Part shown: piece by piece, positions 12,000-24,229 of the stretch | Layout: each line of letters begins with the position of its first letter | Position numbering within the stretch: the stretch's first letter is position 1 | Assembly: GCA_001600815.1 (NCBI GenBank) | Contig: BCKZ01000027.1 | Span: forward strand, 62,001-111,519 | DNA from: Alloascoidea hylecoeti | Taxonomy: Eukaryota | Length of the DNA stretch: 49,519 nucleotides | Direction: 5' to 3' | Program-made: the position numbers and the translations under genes | Notes under the pieces: model-generated | Databases searched by the model: none | Seen by the model: only the letters and a program-made list of their open reading frames with translations | What the model was told of the DNA's origin: nothing

Positions 12000-12650
12000 A
12001 TCATCTCATTCGAATTCATGGTTCAACAACTCCAAGCTTTAACTTAAGACTACTTAGCTATAGACTAGACATTAAATAGATCAATATACTTCATCTCATT
12101 ATCTTCATCCACTAATCTCATAATCTAAAGAAATCACATTTTAAATAAGGCTTATACCGTTTCATTGAGAAGGAATAATATGGTGTAAAGCCTTATGCGC
12201 ATGAATGAGTTATCCGTTCCTATTCTGTCCGTTCCTATCTAGTCCGTTCCTATTTATCCTAAATTTCTAATTAATGGGTTATAATTATTCTACCGACGGT
12301 GATACTTTTCCAGGGACCGTTTCATTTCGCCCGCATAATGAGTACTCGTTGACGCACTAACGTTTGGCCATTCTTTAAAATACCTGCAAAGGGCTATAAC
12401 TTATACTAAGTATTCGGCTATTCTTCAACTGAATACTCAACCAAAAGAAAGAGTCATTAACTGTTATATTTAGGTGAATATATAATCTTTATAAAGCTTA
12501 TAAAGTTATAGGTGAGAGCATGTGCGTAACGGAAGTTAAGGATCTATTAAAATAAGCAATGACTATTAAATACTAGATCAAACACACCAAACCGATCGCA
12601 ATTTTACATAATACGAAAATGGGACCGTCCGTAGATTAACCCTTATCCTT
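12000..12650 (+). ncRNA. Candidate structured non-coding RNA (identity unknown; telomerase RNA is one hypothesis)
   Basis: No long ORF, TATAAAAAG at ~11955, several nested helices found by eye, and a C-rich tandem repeat. Boundaries and strand are inferred. Confidence 0.35.
12213..12257 (+). repeat. 15-bp tandem repeat x3 (TCCGTTCCTAT core)
   Basis: TCCGTTCCTATTCTG / TCCGTTCCTATCTAG / TCCGTTCCTATTTAT read directly. Confidence 0.9.
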
Positions 12651-12674
12651 ATCCTTATTTATTCGAATAAATTA

Positions 12675-14345
12675 TTATTCCCAAAAAATAATCTTCTTAT
12701 CAACACTTCCCGAAACTAAGACCTCTTTCTTAGTTTCTTCATCTAATGTTGTGAATACTTCTCGAATCTAATAATTAATAATGGTTAACAAATGCATATA
12801 TATCCGAATAAAAAAAAATTAAGAAACTTACTCTATCAGTGTGACTTTTCAATTCATAGATCTGATCTGATGAAATGTCAATCCCTCGGATTATACCATC
12901 ATCTCCAGCTACCCAAATACCCTAAATGTATAAAACAAGTTAGATTTTTTAGCTTTTTGATTTTAATTTTGATTTTATGTTCATATCAATTTTCATTTTG
13001 ATACTTACATTTCCATCACTTCTCCAAGTAATTCTAGGAATTGAAAAATTATCTTGGGGAGAATTTGTTTGAAAATTACCTAAAATATATTCATCATCAT
13101 TATTATTATCATTTTTATTCAAAGAATTTAAATTTGAATCTTCAATTATATTTTCCTCATCAAATTTTAAAAATGGAAATTTTATCAATAAAATTCTCAT
13201 AAATGGAACATGAGAAGTTGCAACAGCAATTAATAAATCATTATTATCATTATTCTTATTTATTGGACATAGTTTAATATTCATTGGTGTAAAATCATTT
13301 GTTGTTGAATATTGAGATTCATTTAAATTTATTTTCTTTATTTCAATAATTTTAAATTGTTCATTTTCTTTATCATTATCATTATGAGATAATTTATAAA
13401 AAAATAAACATGTTGATTCACTTCTTGTTAAAACAATAATTGGAAAACCTGTATAATTAGTAATTCTAATTGATGTTGGAGTTGTTAATAATTTATAAGA
13501 AGCAATTTTTTTTAATTTTTCATTATTCAATTTATCATCATTAAATTTAAATAAACATAAATAATTATCATGACCAATTGATATTAAAAATCCATTTTTA
13601 TAATCAATTTCTAAAATAAATCTTGAATGTGCTTTAATTTTATTAATTTTTAAAATAATTGGTTTTAAATTAAAACCATTTTTTTGTGTATTAATTTTTG
13701 ATAAAATTAATTGTCCATCAAGTCCACCAGTTATAATATATTTTTTTTCAATTATATTAATTACTCTAATTGCTGATGAATGTAAAATTTTTGTTTCAAC
13801 AATTAATTCATTATCTTCAAAATCATAAATTCTTAAATATTGATCTGATGTTGATGTAATTAAAACTTTAATAAATGCATTATCAATTAATAAATCTCCA
13901 ATAAATAAAGTAATTATTAGTGATGGTTTAATATTATTTGGAATTGGGAATTCTTTTGGAATTTTAGGATGATTTTTATTCCATTTATGCTTTAATAAAG
14001 ATGCTGATATTGATGATTTTGTTTTAATGGTTGTTGAATGGGATGAAGAAATGAAAAAACGTTCATGTTCATCAACAATTCTATTAACATTTAATTGGTA
14101 TCTAATATTAAGAAGTAAAGCCAAACAAAATTCTTTAAACTTACTCTTCTAAAGATTTATAATTACTATCAACATCCAAGTTTATGTCTCCAATTTCTTC
14201 TTGAAAAGCATTTAGCGCCTACCAAACTTCCTCGTTAGTACATGTAATTATACATTTTTGAAGGGTTGGAAAAACTCACTTTTTCATATTTATGTGTTTG
14301 GAGATATTTTGCTACAAGAAGGTCGATATTTGTAGAAGAGACCAT
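12675..14345 (-). CDS. LisH + WD40-repeat protein (5 exons, ~464 aa), uncharacterised fungal family
   Basis: Exons 14345-14280, 14218-14145, 14080-13009, 12921-12832, 12767-12675; GTGAGT/GTAAGT donors, TAG acceptors, consistent phases. N-terminal LisH-like IDLLVAKYLQTHKYEKALNAFQEE; WD motifs ITGGLDG, WRSDGNGIWVAGDDGIIRG, LVSGSVDKKIIFWE*. Confidence 0.82.
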
Positions 14346-14931
14346 TGATATTTAATTTAACAACTAATATACATGTATAACCTGTATTATATTATGCCAA
14401 AGTAGAAAAAACAAACTTCATTAAATCTGAAATCTGGATTATGTAATATTCGAATATCACGTGCACCCATAGTCTATAATCTTCTCAACTTACTGAAAAT
14501 TGACATAACTATGGTTGATTATATTAAGCATCATACTTCTTACTTAATCCTGAATGTAACTGCTTTAGCTACAATCGAATGCGAGTAAAATATCCAGATT
14601 TCCTTATATTTTTAAAGAATATCATTAGGTATCAACAAATAATAATATTGTGATCGTTTAAACAGGTGAGATAGCAACACATAATTATCACCCATGATGT
14701 GTGATAGCTGGTGTCGATACATTTTCCCGAACTGTCCTTGCAGGAAAGCCGAAAATGGTCAATGTAATCTCAGTATGCATGCTTATGTAATGCTGACACA
14801 CTCGTCATCACGTGTAGGATTTGTGACTTGTATTTCCCAATGCGGATCACCGTATATCTCAGAACGGCTGGGCTTTCTTTGAGAAAAGAAGATCAATTCT
14901 GAAAGACCTTCAATTAATTCAAGTATCGAAA

Positions 14932-15653
14932 ATGGGAAAAGGAAAACCAAGAGGACTTAACTCTGCTAGAAAGCTCCGTGTCCACCGTCGTAACAAGTAT
15001 GTTTCTTTTTCTTTCGCAACTCATTATATTATAATGGCTGGAGGGTATCAGAATGATATATTCACCAATGTTCATCAACAATTATTTATATCAAAGTTTA
15101 CGACCAAAATATTGCAAAATACAATAGGATATTATATGAAATTATGAAAACATCAACATTAAAAGATGCACTCCTAATCAGATTAATTACTATTACATTT
15201 GATATCCAAGATTTCAATCCCCTTCAGACCAGTATCTTAATCTTAATCATGAATTCAATCATTTACTAACAAATTTGTAGTCGATGGGCTGATCAATCCT
15301 ACAAGAAGCGTCTTCTCGGAACTGCTTTCAAATCCTCTCCATTTGGAGGTTCTTCCCACGCCAAGGGAATTGTGTTAGAAAAAATTGGTGTTGAGGCCAA
15401 ACAACCAAACTCTGCCATTAGAAAGTGTGTTAGAGTTCAACTTATCAAAAACGGTAAGAGAGTTACTGCTTTTGTTCCAAATGATGGTTGTTTAAACTAT
15501 GTCGATGAAAACGATGAAGTTTTAATTGCTGGTTTCGGTAGAAAGGGTAAGGCTAAGGGTGATATTCCAGGTGTTAGATTTAAGGTCGTTAAAGTTTCTG
15601 GTGTTTCTCTTTTAGCTTTATGGAAAGAGAAGAAGGAGAAGCCACGTTCATAA
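14932..15653 (+). CDS. RPS23: 40S ribosomal protein uS12/S23 (2 exons, 145 aa)
   Basis: Exon 1 14932-14996, intron 14997-15280 (GTATGT, TACTAAC, TAG), exon 2 15281-15653; [15 protein letters not shown]...[20 protein letters not shown]. Confidence 0.98.
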
Positions 15654-15992
15654 ATGGTTTCTTATAATTGTTATTGTTGAACAGTATATAAAAAAAGCCA
15701 TAATGTTATAAATATAATATTAATCATTTAAATTCTACAAATCTAAATATTTTGTGATATGGGTGTTCAAATTACAAAAGAAAAGTAAAAATTGTAAACA
15801 CATGTACCAAAATAGACATTGAATTCAATATTTTTTAGAGGAGCTATTTGTAGCATTAAAATCGATAATATTTATTTTCAATTTTTATTTTTATTATTTT
15901 TAAAGTTGAATAATCATAAGTTACAGTATAAATATAAAACATTAATTATTGTTAAGCTTGAAGGATAATTTTGCCCATCTTGCAGGTTTAAG

Positions 15993-16000
15993 TTACCCGG
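15993..16000 (+). promoter_or_regulatory. Reb1-type site TTACCCGG upstream of RRP9
   Basis: Exact consensus ~120 bp before the ATG, followed by AATTTTCA (RRPE-like) and a poly-T tract. Confidence 0.55.
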
Positions 16001-16117
16001 AATTTTCACACAAAAGATTTTTTTTTTTGTTTTTCATACATCGAAATATTTCATTACAAATAGTTAACGTTATACCAACTTTTTAATAAATACTTATAAA
16101 TTCATTATTATTAAATT

Positions 16118-17719
16118 ATGGTGGACCAGTTTTTCCAAAATGATTCCAAGAAAAGAAAAAGAACTCAAAGAAGAACAACAAATACTATAAAACGTAATGG
16201 TAAAAGAAAAAATCAGGTAGAAGATGAAGAAATATCAGGTAGTGATAGTGATATAGCAGTTGAAGATATCTCAATGGGCGAAGATAATGGAATGGATGGT
16301 GATGAAATCGACAGTGAATCCGAAAGTGAAATGGAGTTCGAAACCGCAGAAGACGTAAGACGCAGAAAGGCTAAAAACTACTTGGATAGTTTAAGCAAAA
16401 ATGAGTTGGAAGATGGTTTTGATGCAGCAGACTTAGATAGAGATAATATCGCAAGAAGGTTGAAGGATGATACTGCAGAATCAAAAGGTAAAGTTTATCG
16501 ATTTTTAGCTGATCATTTATTAATTGATGAATCAATTGCAAAAGTTAAGAAATTGGGAGAATCTTCCATTACTTGTATTGATGCTAAATTTCCTTATATT
16601 TATACTACTTCAAAGGATTTAACATTAGCTAAATGGGATTTTACAAATTTTGATAAAGAAAATATTACACCAAGGAGAGTAAAATTCACAAAAGGTAAAC
16701 GCTTAAATAAAAAACAACAAATTCAAAAATTTCAAGATTATAAAGCTGAGTTTAAGGAACATATTGATGATATTTTAACCGTCTCTATAAGTCCTGATGG
16801 GAAATATGTTGTTACTGGTGGTAAAGATAAACATGTTTTAATATGGAATACTGAATCATTATCTCTGGCTAAAGCAATTAGTACTAGAAATAGACAAGGA
16901 ACAGTATTATCTATTGCTTTTCGAAAAGGTACTGATCAATTTTTTGCTGCTTGTGCAGATTTAACAGTTAGGGTATACAGTGTTGGTCAGATGAGTATGA
17001 TGGAAACTTTATTTGGTCATGAAAATGATATTGTTGATATTTCTTCACTACATCAAGAAAGATGTGTCACAGTTGGTTCAAGAGATAGAAGAGCCTTTCA
17101 TTGGAAGATTCCAGAAGAAAAAAAATTAATATATTCTGTTAATGATGCATTGAAAAAAACAGATGATAAAGACCTACCATTTCATAAAGAAGGAAGTATT
17201 GATTGTGTATCCATGATTGATGAACAATTATTCGTTACTGGAAGTGATAATGGGAATATTCGACTTTGGTCAATTCATAAAAGTAAACCAGTATTTACTT
17301 ATAGGTTAGCACATGGACTTGAACAAAAATTGGATCCATCGAATGCTTCTGCAGAGGCAGGTAATGTTAAATCCCCTGAGCCAACACCATACTGGATCAC
17401 ATCAATCTATGCTATACCATATTCAGATATATTCTTTAGTGGTTCTTTTAATGGTGAAATTAAAGCATGGAAATTAGATCAAGAAGGAAAATTACCTAAA
17501 TTTCAACCTCTTGGAACAATTAAGAATGTCCGAGGTTTCATTAACAAAATTACAGTTATGGAAAAAGTTAATCCAGATAAAAAACTAGATCAAGATAAAC
17601 ATACAGGATTTTGTCTAGTAGCTGCTGTATCAAAAGAACCACGATTAGGAAGGTGGAAAAAAGTAAAAGGAGGTAAAAACGGTATAGTTACTTGTGTCAT
17701 ACAAACTCAGTTTTTATAA
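16118..17719 (+). CDS. RRP9: U3 snoRNP WD40 protein Rrp9 (U3-55K)
   Basis: Acidic/basic N-terminus, ETAEDVRRRKAKNYL, FDAADLDRDNIARRL, ETLFGH, ERCVTVGSRDR, EGSIDCVSMID, KEPRLGRW. Confidence 0.95.
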   Translation: MVDQFFQNDSKKRKRTQRRTTNTIKRNGKRKNQVEDEEISGSDSDIAVEDISMGEDNGMDGDEIDSESESEMEFETAEDVRRRKAKNYLDSLSKNELEDGFDAADLDRDNIARRLKDDTAESKGKVYRFLADHLLIDESIAKVKKLGESSITCIDAKFPYIYTTSKDLTLAKWDFTNFDKENITPRRVKFTKGKRLNKKQQIQKFQDYKAEFKEHIDDILTVSISPDGKYVVTGGKDKHVLIWNTESLSLAKAISTRNRQGTVLSIAFRKGTDQFFAACADLTVRVYSVGQMSMMETLFGHENDIVDISSLHQERCVTVGSRDRRAFHWKIPEEKKLIYSVNDALKKTDDKDLPFHKEGSIDCVSMIDEQLFVTGSDNGNIRLWSIHKSKPVFTYRLAHGLEQKLDPSNASAEAGNVKSPEPTPYWITSIYAIPYSDIFFSGSFNGEIKAWKLDQEGKLPKFQPLGTIKNVRGFINKITVMEKVNPDKKLDQDKHTGFCLVAAVSKEPRLGRWKKVKGGKNGIVTCVIQTQFL

Positions 17720-19238
17720 TTTATACCAGCATTATTCATGTAACAATAAGAAACGATGAAAATTTAATTTATATTATATCTAGACTATTACTTAATATAA
17801 ATAAAAAGATTTGGTACTATTCACACGTTAATTAAATCCCAGTCATCATTTTTTCATGTTAATATTTAACGTTGCTTATGAAAAGTTGATCGATAGTTTT
17901 AACTGGTATATATTGAATGCTAGACATCGATATTGTTAATCAAAAACCTAAACTAATTATAAATTACATAGAATTCATACAATAAGTTATTGTAAATGTA
18001 TTTTTTTCGTTAAATACGACATCCAATACTTGTCCGGCTAAAAATCGGATAATTGTATGCCGTACCATATTTCGTCAAACTGACAGAAGCACTAGTTGAA
18101 AAGGATGATTGCACAAAATTGACACTATATTTGACCTGAAGACCTGATATAAGAAATATTGGGAAGGTATGCTATTATAAGAGTGTAAGCTTAGAAGTGT
18201 AATTATTAACTTATCCCAATAAGTAATTAATGAAAAGTATCTCGATTTGCAGTTAACAGTAATTAATCCCATTAATAAACATTTTTCAGTATCCACCTAA
18301 AAAAGCCCATTTCACCAAGCAAGCTCTTATTTTTGTTCTACACTCATCAGAATTTATAGCCGAAAATTAAAACATTTTCGAATTATATCTTGTTGTAACG
18401 GCTCTTCTATTATAATGTTTCTATCACCATTGGTAGTATAATTGAAAATATAACCGAATTCACCTATCCCATACATATCGTTTGAATGGAAATCTAGCCA
18501 TGTTTGTGTGTTCATAATCAGTTGATCTAAAAAACGATAAAAAATCTATCTGAAATTTCCTCGGGATCTTGAATTTTAATGGAATATCATGTAGAATCAA
18601 ATTCCATATATGGCTAAACAATAAGAATCTATTATAGATTTTATAAATTTTATTTTAAACCCAACTCATTCATATCAGAAAAAAAAAATCTTTGAATTGA
18701 TTATTGTCTGAATTCTTATTTTTACTAAGTATTATATTATTTTGAGGTGTTTCTTCTTTTATACGCCTATTATTTGAAAGTTTTTCGACCTGTTCCAAAT
18801 TTTGAATCACCTTTTAATATAATATTAGCTTGATCTAAAATAGACTTAGATTTAGATTTAGACCTAACCTGGTATACTCAGAGCGGCTCAATTGTTGTAT
18901 CGCAGCATCTGAAGTATCAACATCTTGATCTTTTGGCATTTGATAATATGTAGTTTTAAAGAGATTTTGTAATGTAAATGGATTGGAGAGTGTTACAGTC
19001 TTTGGTGTGGGATTTTAAATATAAAATAAAGATTTGAAATTGTTTGTGGAATTATAGAAAGAAGGGATTATCTGATTCCTTTTTGTTGCAGCTACGTTTT
19101 TAGTTTTTTCCCTCTCATGCATATGCAAATGCATATCTTCACGTGATGACTTTTGTCTCGAAATTTTTTTTATATTTTATCAATTTAGGATTTCTATAAT
19201 TTCAAATAAACAATACACATATAAATGAGGGAAACTAT

Positions 19239-20212
19239 ATGATGTTCAAAATAAAACAAGACCTTAATCAATATATTCCAACCATAGATGTACGCAGAAC
19301 TTGACTCTTCTTCTTTTTCTCGGGTACTTATTAACATATTATTCTTTATACAGGCTATATTAGAAGTTACAGCACTTGAACTTTTGAATCCAAATAGGGT
19401 TCGTAAATTATTACAAGAAGTCATATATGTTAATTTTGCTACTGATATAGTATGAGTTTATTTTATTGTCTTTTTTGATTATGAGAATAATATACTAATA
19501 ATAATAATAGGATAAATTATACCCATTAATTGAAGAGAGGATACAAATAAGGAAAAATAAAGAAATTTTAATAAAACAACAAACAACAAAAGGAAAAATT
19601 GAATCAGATAATGATATTGAGAAAGAACAAGAAATTTCAAATGCTGGTGATACTACGATGGAGAACAACGAATTGGAAATGGCAATGGAATCAAATGAAA
19701 CGAATCTCATTGATAATATTAAAAGCTATAAAGACAACTTTAAAGATGTCATTAAACAAGATGAAATAATTGCATCGAGGCTTCATTTAATAACTATAAG
19801 AGATAAACAATATAACAAAAAATTACGTTTAAAAAAAGAAAGAAAAAGAAAATCAAAAGTGAATAATCCTATTAATAAAACTTATAAATTTTCATCAAAA
19901 TTATCTTTATTTATGGGTATTGAAATAGGATCAATGACACAAGTTTTAAAATATGTTGCAACTTATTTGAAAGAGAATGATATTCAAGTAAAAGTTGATA
20001 AAAATATTAGTAGAATACCTAGATTTAATTGTGATGATAATTTAAAATATGTTTTTGGTGAAATTCATTCTTTTAATGAAATTGTATCATCTATTTATAA
20101 AAACAATTTAATTATTTTTCCAAAAAATGTGAAGAATGAAGATATAAAAAGAGAAGATGAAAATCATAACCATAATAATGAAAATGAAAATGAAAATGAA
20201 AATAAGAATTAA
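19239..20212 (+). CDS. DEK-C + SWIB domain protein, Tri1/Uaf30-like (3 exons, ~282 aa)
   Basis: Exons 19239-19289, 19354-19449, 19511-20212 (donors GTACGC, GTATGA). Spliced N-terminus DLNQYIPTIDAILEVTALELLNPNRVRKLLQ matches the Tri1 N-terminus; C-terminal SWIB-like SSKLSLFMG...TQVLKYVATYLKENDIQ...CDDNLKYVFG. Confidence 0.78.
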
Positions 20213-20994
20213 AAAGTAAAACAAAAGATAAGGATGATGATTAATATTACACACGTGATATATTCTCAATATTAATATTATTAATATTAATATTCCATTG
20301 AAAATTTGAGAGCTGATGGAGATTCTATTTCATGCCATTCACTTGAAAAGCTCCGGTATTCACTCAGAATCAAGACTCAATTGTTGTTCTACATCTGTTT
20401 GGTCTGCTAATGCTCATTGATAAATTAATGGATTTTAAGGGAAAGTAGCAAATTTATAATTAAAGCTATGCCTCAAAACTTACAATTACAATATAATCCA
20501 ATTATGTAACATAGTTAAGATATAGAGTTAACATATGTAGAAATTTTATAAAATATTGCGTAATTGAGAATATAATAATCATAATGGTATTTAGATTGTG
20601 TTATTGAATAATTTTGAAGTCTCATATATATATATATATTTGGAAATAATTATTATAATTAATTCTTGAATATATAACATAAAATCATCATTAGTGGTAT
20701 AACTCCACAGGCTTAAATATTGTTATAGATTAATAAGATAATTAACTGATGATCTTATTTCTAGTAGCATGAATAGTATTTAAAAAAATATCGCTAACGA
20801 TAACTTTCAATTACTAATATGAATTGTGAAAGTGCATTACTAATACATTTATTGTATCTGCCGATAACCGATATTTTCCACTCCCACCTATAATATTTAA
20901 TCTTCTGATTTGTATATAAAATGGGAGAATCCCTCTTTCTTTGTTTTTCTCAACATCAATAACTCGAAATATAAGATAGATATCCCAATTCACA

Positions 20995-22395
20995 ATGTCA
21001 ACAAACCAAACCGAACTTCCAGTCTTAATCAGCGAAGGTGCTGAAGGAGTAAGTTCCTACACTAGTGATTTAACCATAACTTGAAGAACTGCTAACAGCG
21101 AAATTTTCACTTTAGATTCCTTATTTTACTCCAAAGCAAGGTAGGTAATTAACTCAATTGAAATATTTGTCACGGATTCATCATTAACTTTTATAGTTGG
21201 ACCTCCTGGCTCTGCTTTCATTACTCAAGAAGAGGGTGTTGAAATCCCTAAGCTCTTCAAACCTTTGAAGATCAGAGGCCTAACTCTTCATAATAGAATA
21301 ACTGTAAGTGAGGGTCAATTCCAATCTGATATTATTAATATATCTAACAAATATTCATATTAAAAGGTTTCACCAATGTGCGAGTATTCGGCCAAAAATG
21401 GTATTGCAACTGCTTGGCATCTACAACATTATGGTTCTTTTGCTACACATGGCGCTGCACTTATAATTATTGAGGCTACGGCAGTTTCTCCAGAAGGCAG
21501 AATCTCACCTGAAGATCTTGGTATTTGGAACGATGAACAGGCAAAAGAATTGAAGAAAATTGTTGATTTTGTTCATTCTCAAGGTCAACATATTGGTATT
21601 CAATTGGCACATGCTGGAAGAAAAGCAAGTACTGTTGCTCCTTTTATCAGTTTTAAAGATACTGCAGTTGAGGAAGCCGATGGGTGGCCTAATGGCGTNG
21701 TGGCACCNTCTGCTATTAAATATGGTGATGGATTTCCAACTCCCAAAGAATTGTCATTGAAAGAGATTGAAAGAATTAGGAATGATTTTACTTCAGCGGC
21801 TAAAAGAGCAATTAATATTGGTTTTGATGTTATTGAAATTCATGGTGCTCATGGTTATCTTCTTACTGAATTTCTATCTCCGGTATCCAACAAAAGAACT
21901 GATAAATATGGTGGGCCATTTGAAAATAGAACCAGATTGTTATTTGAGTTAGTTGATGATATCAGAAGTGTTATTCCTGAAACTACCCCATTGTTTTTGC
22001 GTATCTCGGCCACAGAAGGTTTAGGACATGATAAAATTAAATACCCTGAATCTTGGGAATTAGAGGATACGAAAAAGGTAGCATTGAAATTGGCAGAAAA
22101 AGGAAACGTTGATCTTATTGATATATCAGCTTTAGGAAACAATCCTGACCAGAAACTTCCAACTAGTAAGGAACCAGCGTATCAAGCACCTTATTCTCAT
22201 GCGATTAAGGAAGTTGTTGGGGACAAGCTTCTTGTTTCGGTTGTTGGGGGTATCAGTGATCCAAAGGTAGCAGAATCATTACTTCAGAAAGATTTAGACT
22301 TAATATTAGTTGGACGAGTTTTCTTAAAAGATCCAGCATTAGTATGGCGTTGGGCTGATGCACTTGGTATTAGACTTTACCAAAAAAAGGCATAA
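20995..22395 (+). CDS. NADH:flavin oxidoreductase / old yellow enzyme (YqjM/Oye32 subclass), 4 exons
   Basis: Exons 20995-21048, 21116-21140, 21197-21303, 21367-22395. [48 protein letters not shown], catalytic EIHGAHGYLL, NKRTDKYGG. Confidence 0.93.
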
Positions 22396-23169
22396 TTCTT
22401 AATCTGAATCTTCTCCATACATCTTCTTGTGTCTTTAACCTTAATCAATATTTAACAATGCTAAAGATAAAAATAGACGAGATCAGATGTCAACAATCCA
22501 TTACATTGATTACAAGCTCTTTTTAAACAAATTTAAAGATATATCAATCCAATTGTTTTAAGGTATAAGTTATAATGAATTTAAATTTATTCGCATTTAG
22601 AGCTCAAGCTTGCAATTACAGGTGATAACTGGCATCTATAAGATATAATTAATACTATCATTTTTTCATCATCATTAATAATAAATGTACGGTATATTAA
22701 AACGAGAAAGTTATACAAATTTAAACGCCACTAGATAGTTCTTCTTTGAAAGTCTCTTTTCTTGGATGAAAAATTATTTTGCTGATTTATTTTTACTTTA
22801 CGCATTCAATAGGGTTGCGATTTTCTCAAACCGATTCAACTAAAATTAACCAGATGATGAGCTTTTCAATAAATTATCTTTACCCCTTTTTTAAACTGAT
22901 TTTTTGCTTATTTCCATTCCAGTAACATTGCGATTCACAAAATATCATTTGCAGGGTTCAAGAGGAAATTCATTAAACACGGTTATATCATGGTGAAGTG
23001 AAGTTTCTGATGGTTTATAATTATGGTCAGTTACAATATGTTCTCTATTTCCATAAATACAGTGGATTAGGATAATTTGTCGTACTAATTTTCAATATAA
23101 CACTCTTTATAGGAAAAAAATGCTGCGATTTATGAAATTATTTAAACTCTTTGAGCATAATGGAAGAGA

Positions 23170-23304
23170 ACTTAACATAATTTTACACTAGGTAAACTAA
23201 TACAATATAAATTATACTCCACTAATTTTCTACTTAACATAATTTTACACTAACATAATTTTACACTAGGTAAACTATAATTTATAACACTCCACTAATT
23301 TTCT
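23170..23304. repeat. Imperfect direct repeat (~60 bp x2) with an internal 17-bp duplication
   Basis: TAACATAATTTTACAC occurs three times; TAGGTAAACTA and ACTCCACTAATTTTCT each occur twice. Confidence 0.85.
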
Positions 23305-24229
23305 TTTCTTGTAATTCTTTAGTTGAAACTATTTTAACAACTTCTAGATCTACATCCCCATTCATTTTAACTGGATAAAAATTTTGTACGAATTTAGATT
23401 TCTTTTGTTTCATCGTTTATGAGCACAAATTTGTCTAAAAATATGAATATTAATATGTGAATCTGTTACTATTAGTACTATAGCGATAAATCCATCACTG
23501 TTACTTCCGTCCTTCAACTATATTCAGATTTTCTGATTATAAATTCTATTTTTTTTTTTTTTTTTTCAAATCAATTATGTAACAACCAACTAATCTTTAC
23601 AATACCACTACAATATGTGAGAATCAGTTATTCACAAAAACAAAATGAATATCTATTGAATAATAATAACATTGAATATGGTTTTTTGTAATATAAATTT
23701 AATTTTTGATGGGTGTTGAAATATCCAAGTATAACCTTTATATATAGAAACATTATAATTGAGTTATATTTATATTTATGGGTAACGATATTAAGCCTTG
23801 TGTAATAATTGGAATCCTACTTTTCAGCTAAAAGATATCGATTATATCCATGATTCCCTATAACTAGCCAATACAGTCTGTGGANTCTGTGTGGAGTCAT
23901 CATGATCCGACCAGACTCATCAGAGTTCTAAACAATTGGTACTAATTTAAGAAAATAGACCTGCATTATTACAATGCAGTCATTGAACTGTTCGGGTAAT
24001 AAAGTAATAAATGTAGGGTGAGGTAGATATGAGCGCGCCGCGTACAAAACTTTAAAAGCACAAAACCTAAATCATTTTTTAAGATTTTAAAAACTTTTAG
24101 TTTATTTGTGACGTATTTATTCTTGGTGAGACACAGGGGAATCTGGTACCTTTTTTAAAAAATAAGGTACAAGCAAAAAGCATTTGGGATCGTTAGCAGG
24201 GAAAATAAAGAATAGGCAGAAGAATGTTC

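Noticed and set aside
11983..12042. Short ORF MDIDSTSSHSNSWFNNSKL whose first 18 nt nearly match the MIS18 start
   Set aside because: Only 19 codons and the similarity does not extend; likely coincidence.
12189..12216. AGCCTTATGCGCA...ATGAGTTATCCG resembles the 5' end of U4 snRNA
   Set aside because: The kink-turn stem, the second U6-pairing segment and an Sm site at the right spacing are missing.
12213..12257. Tandem repeats here and at 27710-27748 as CRISPR-like arrays
   Set aside because: Eukaryotic context, no unique spacers, no cas genes.
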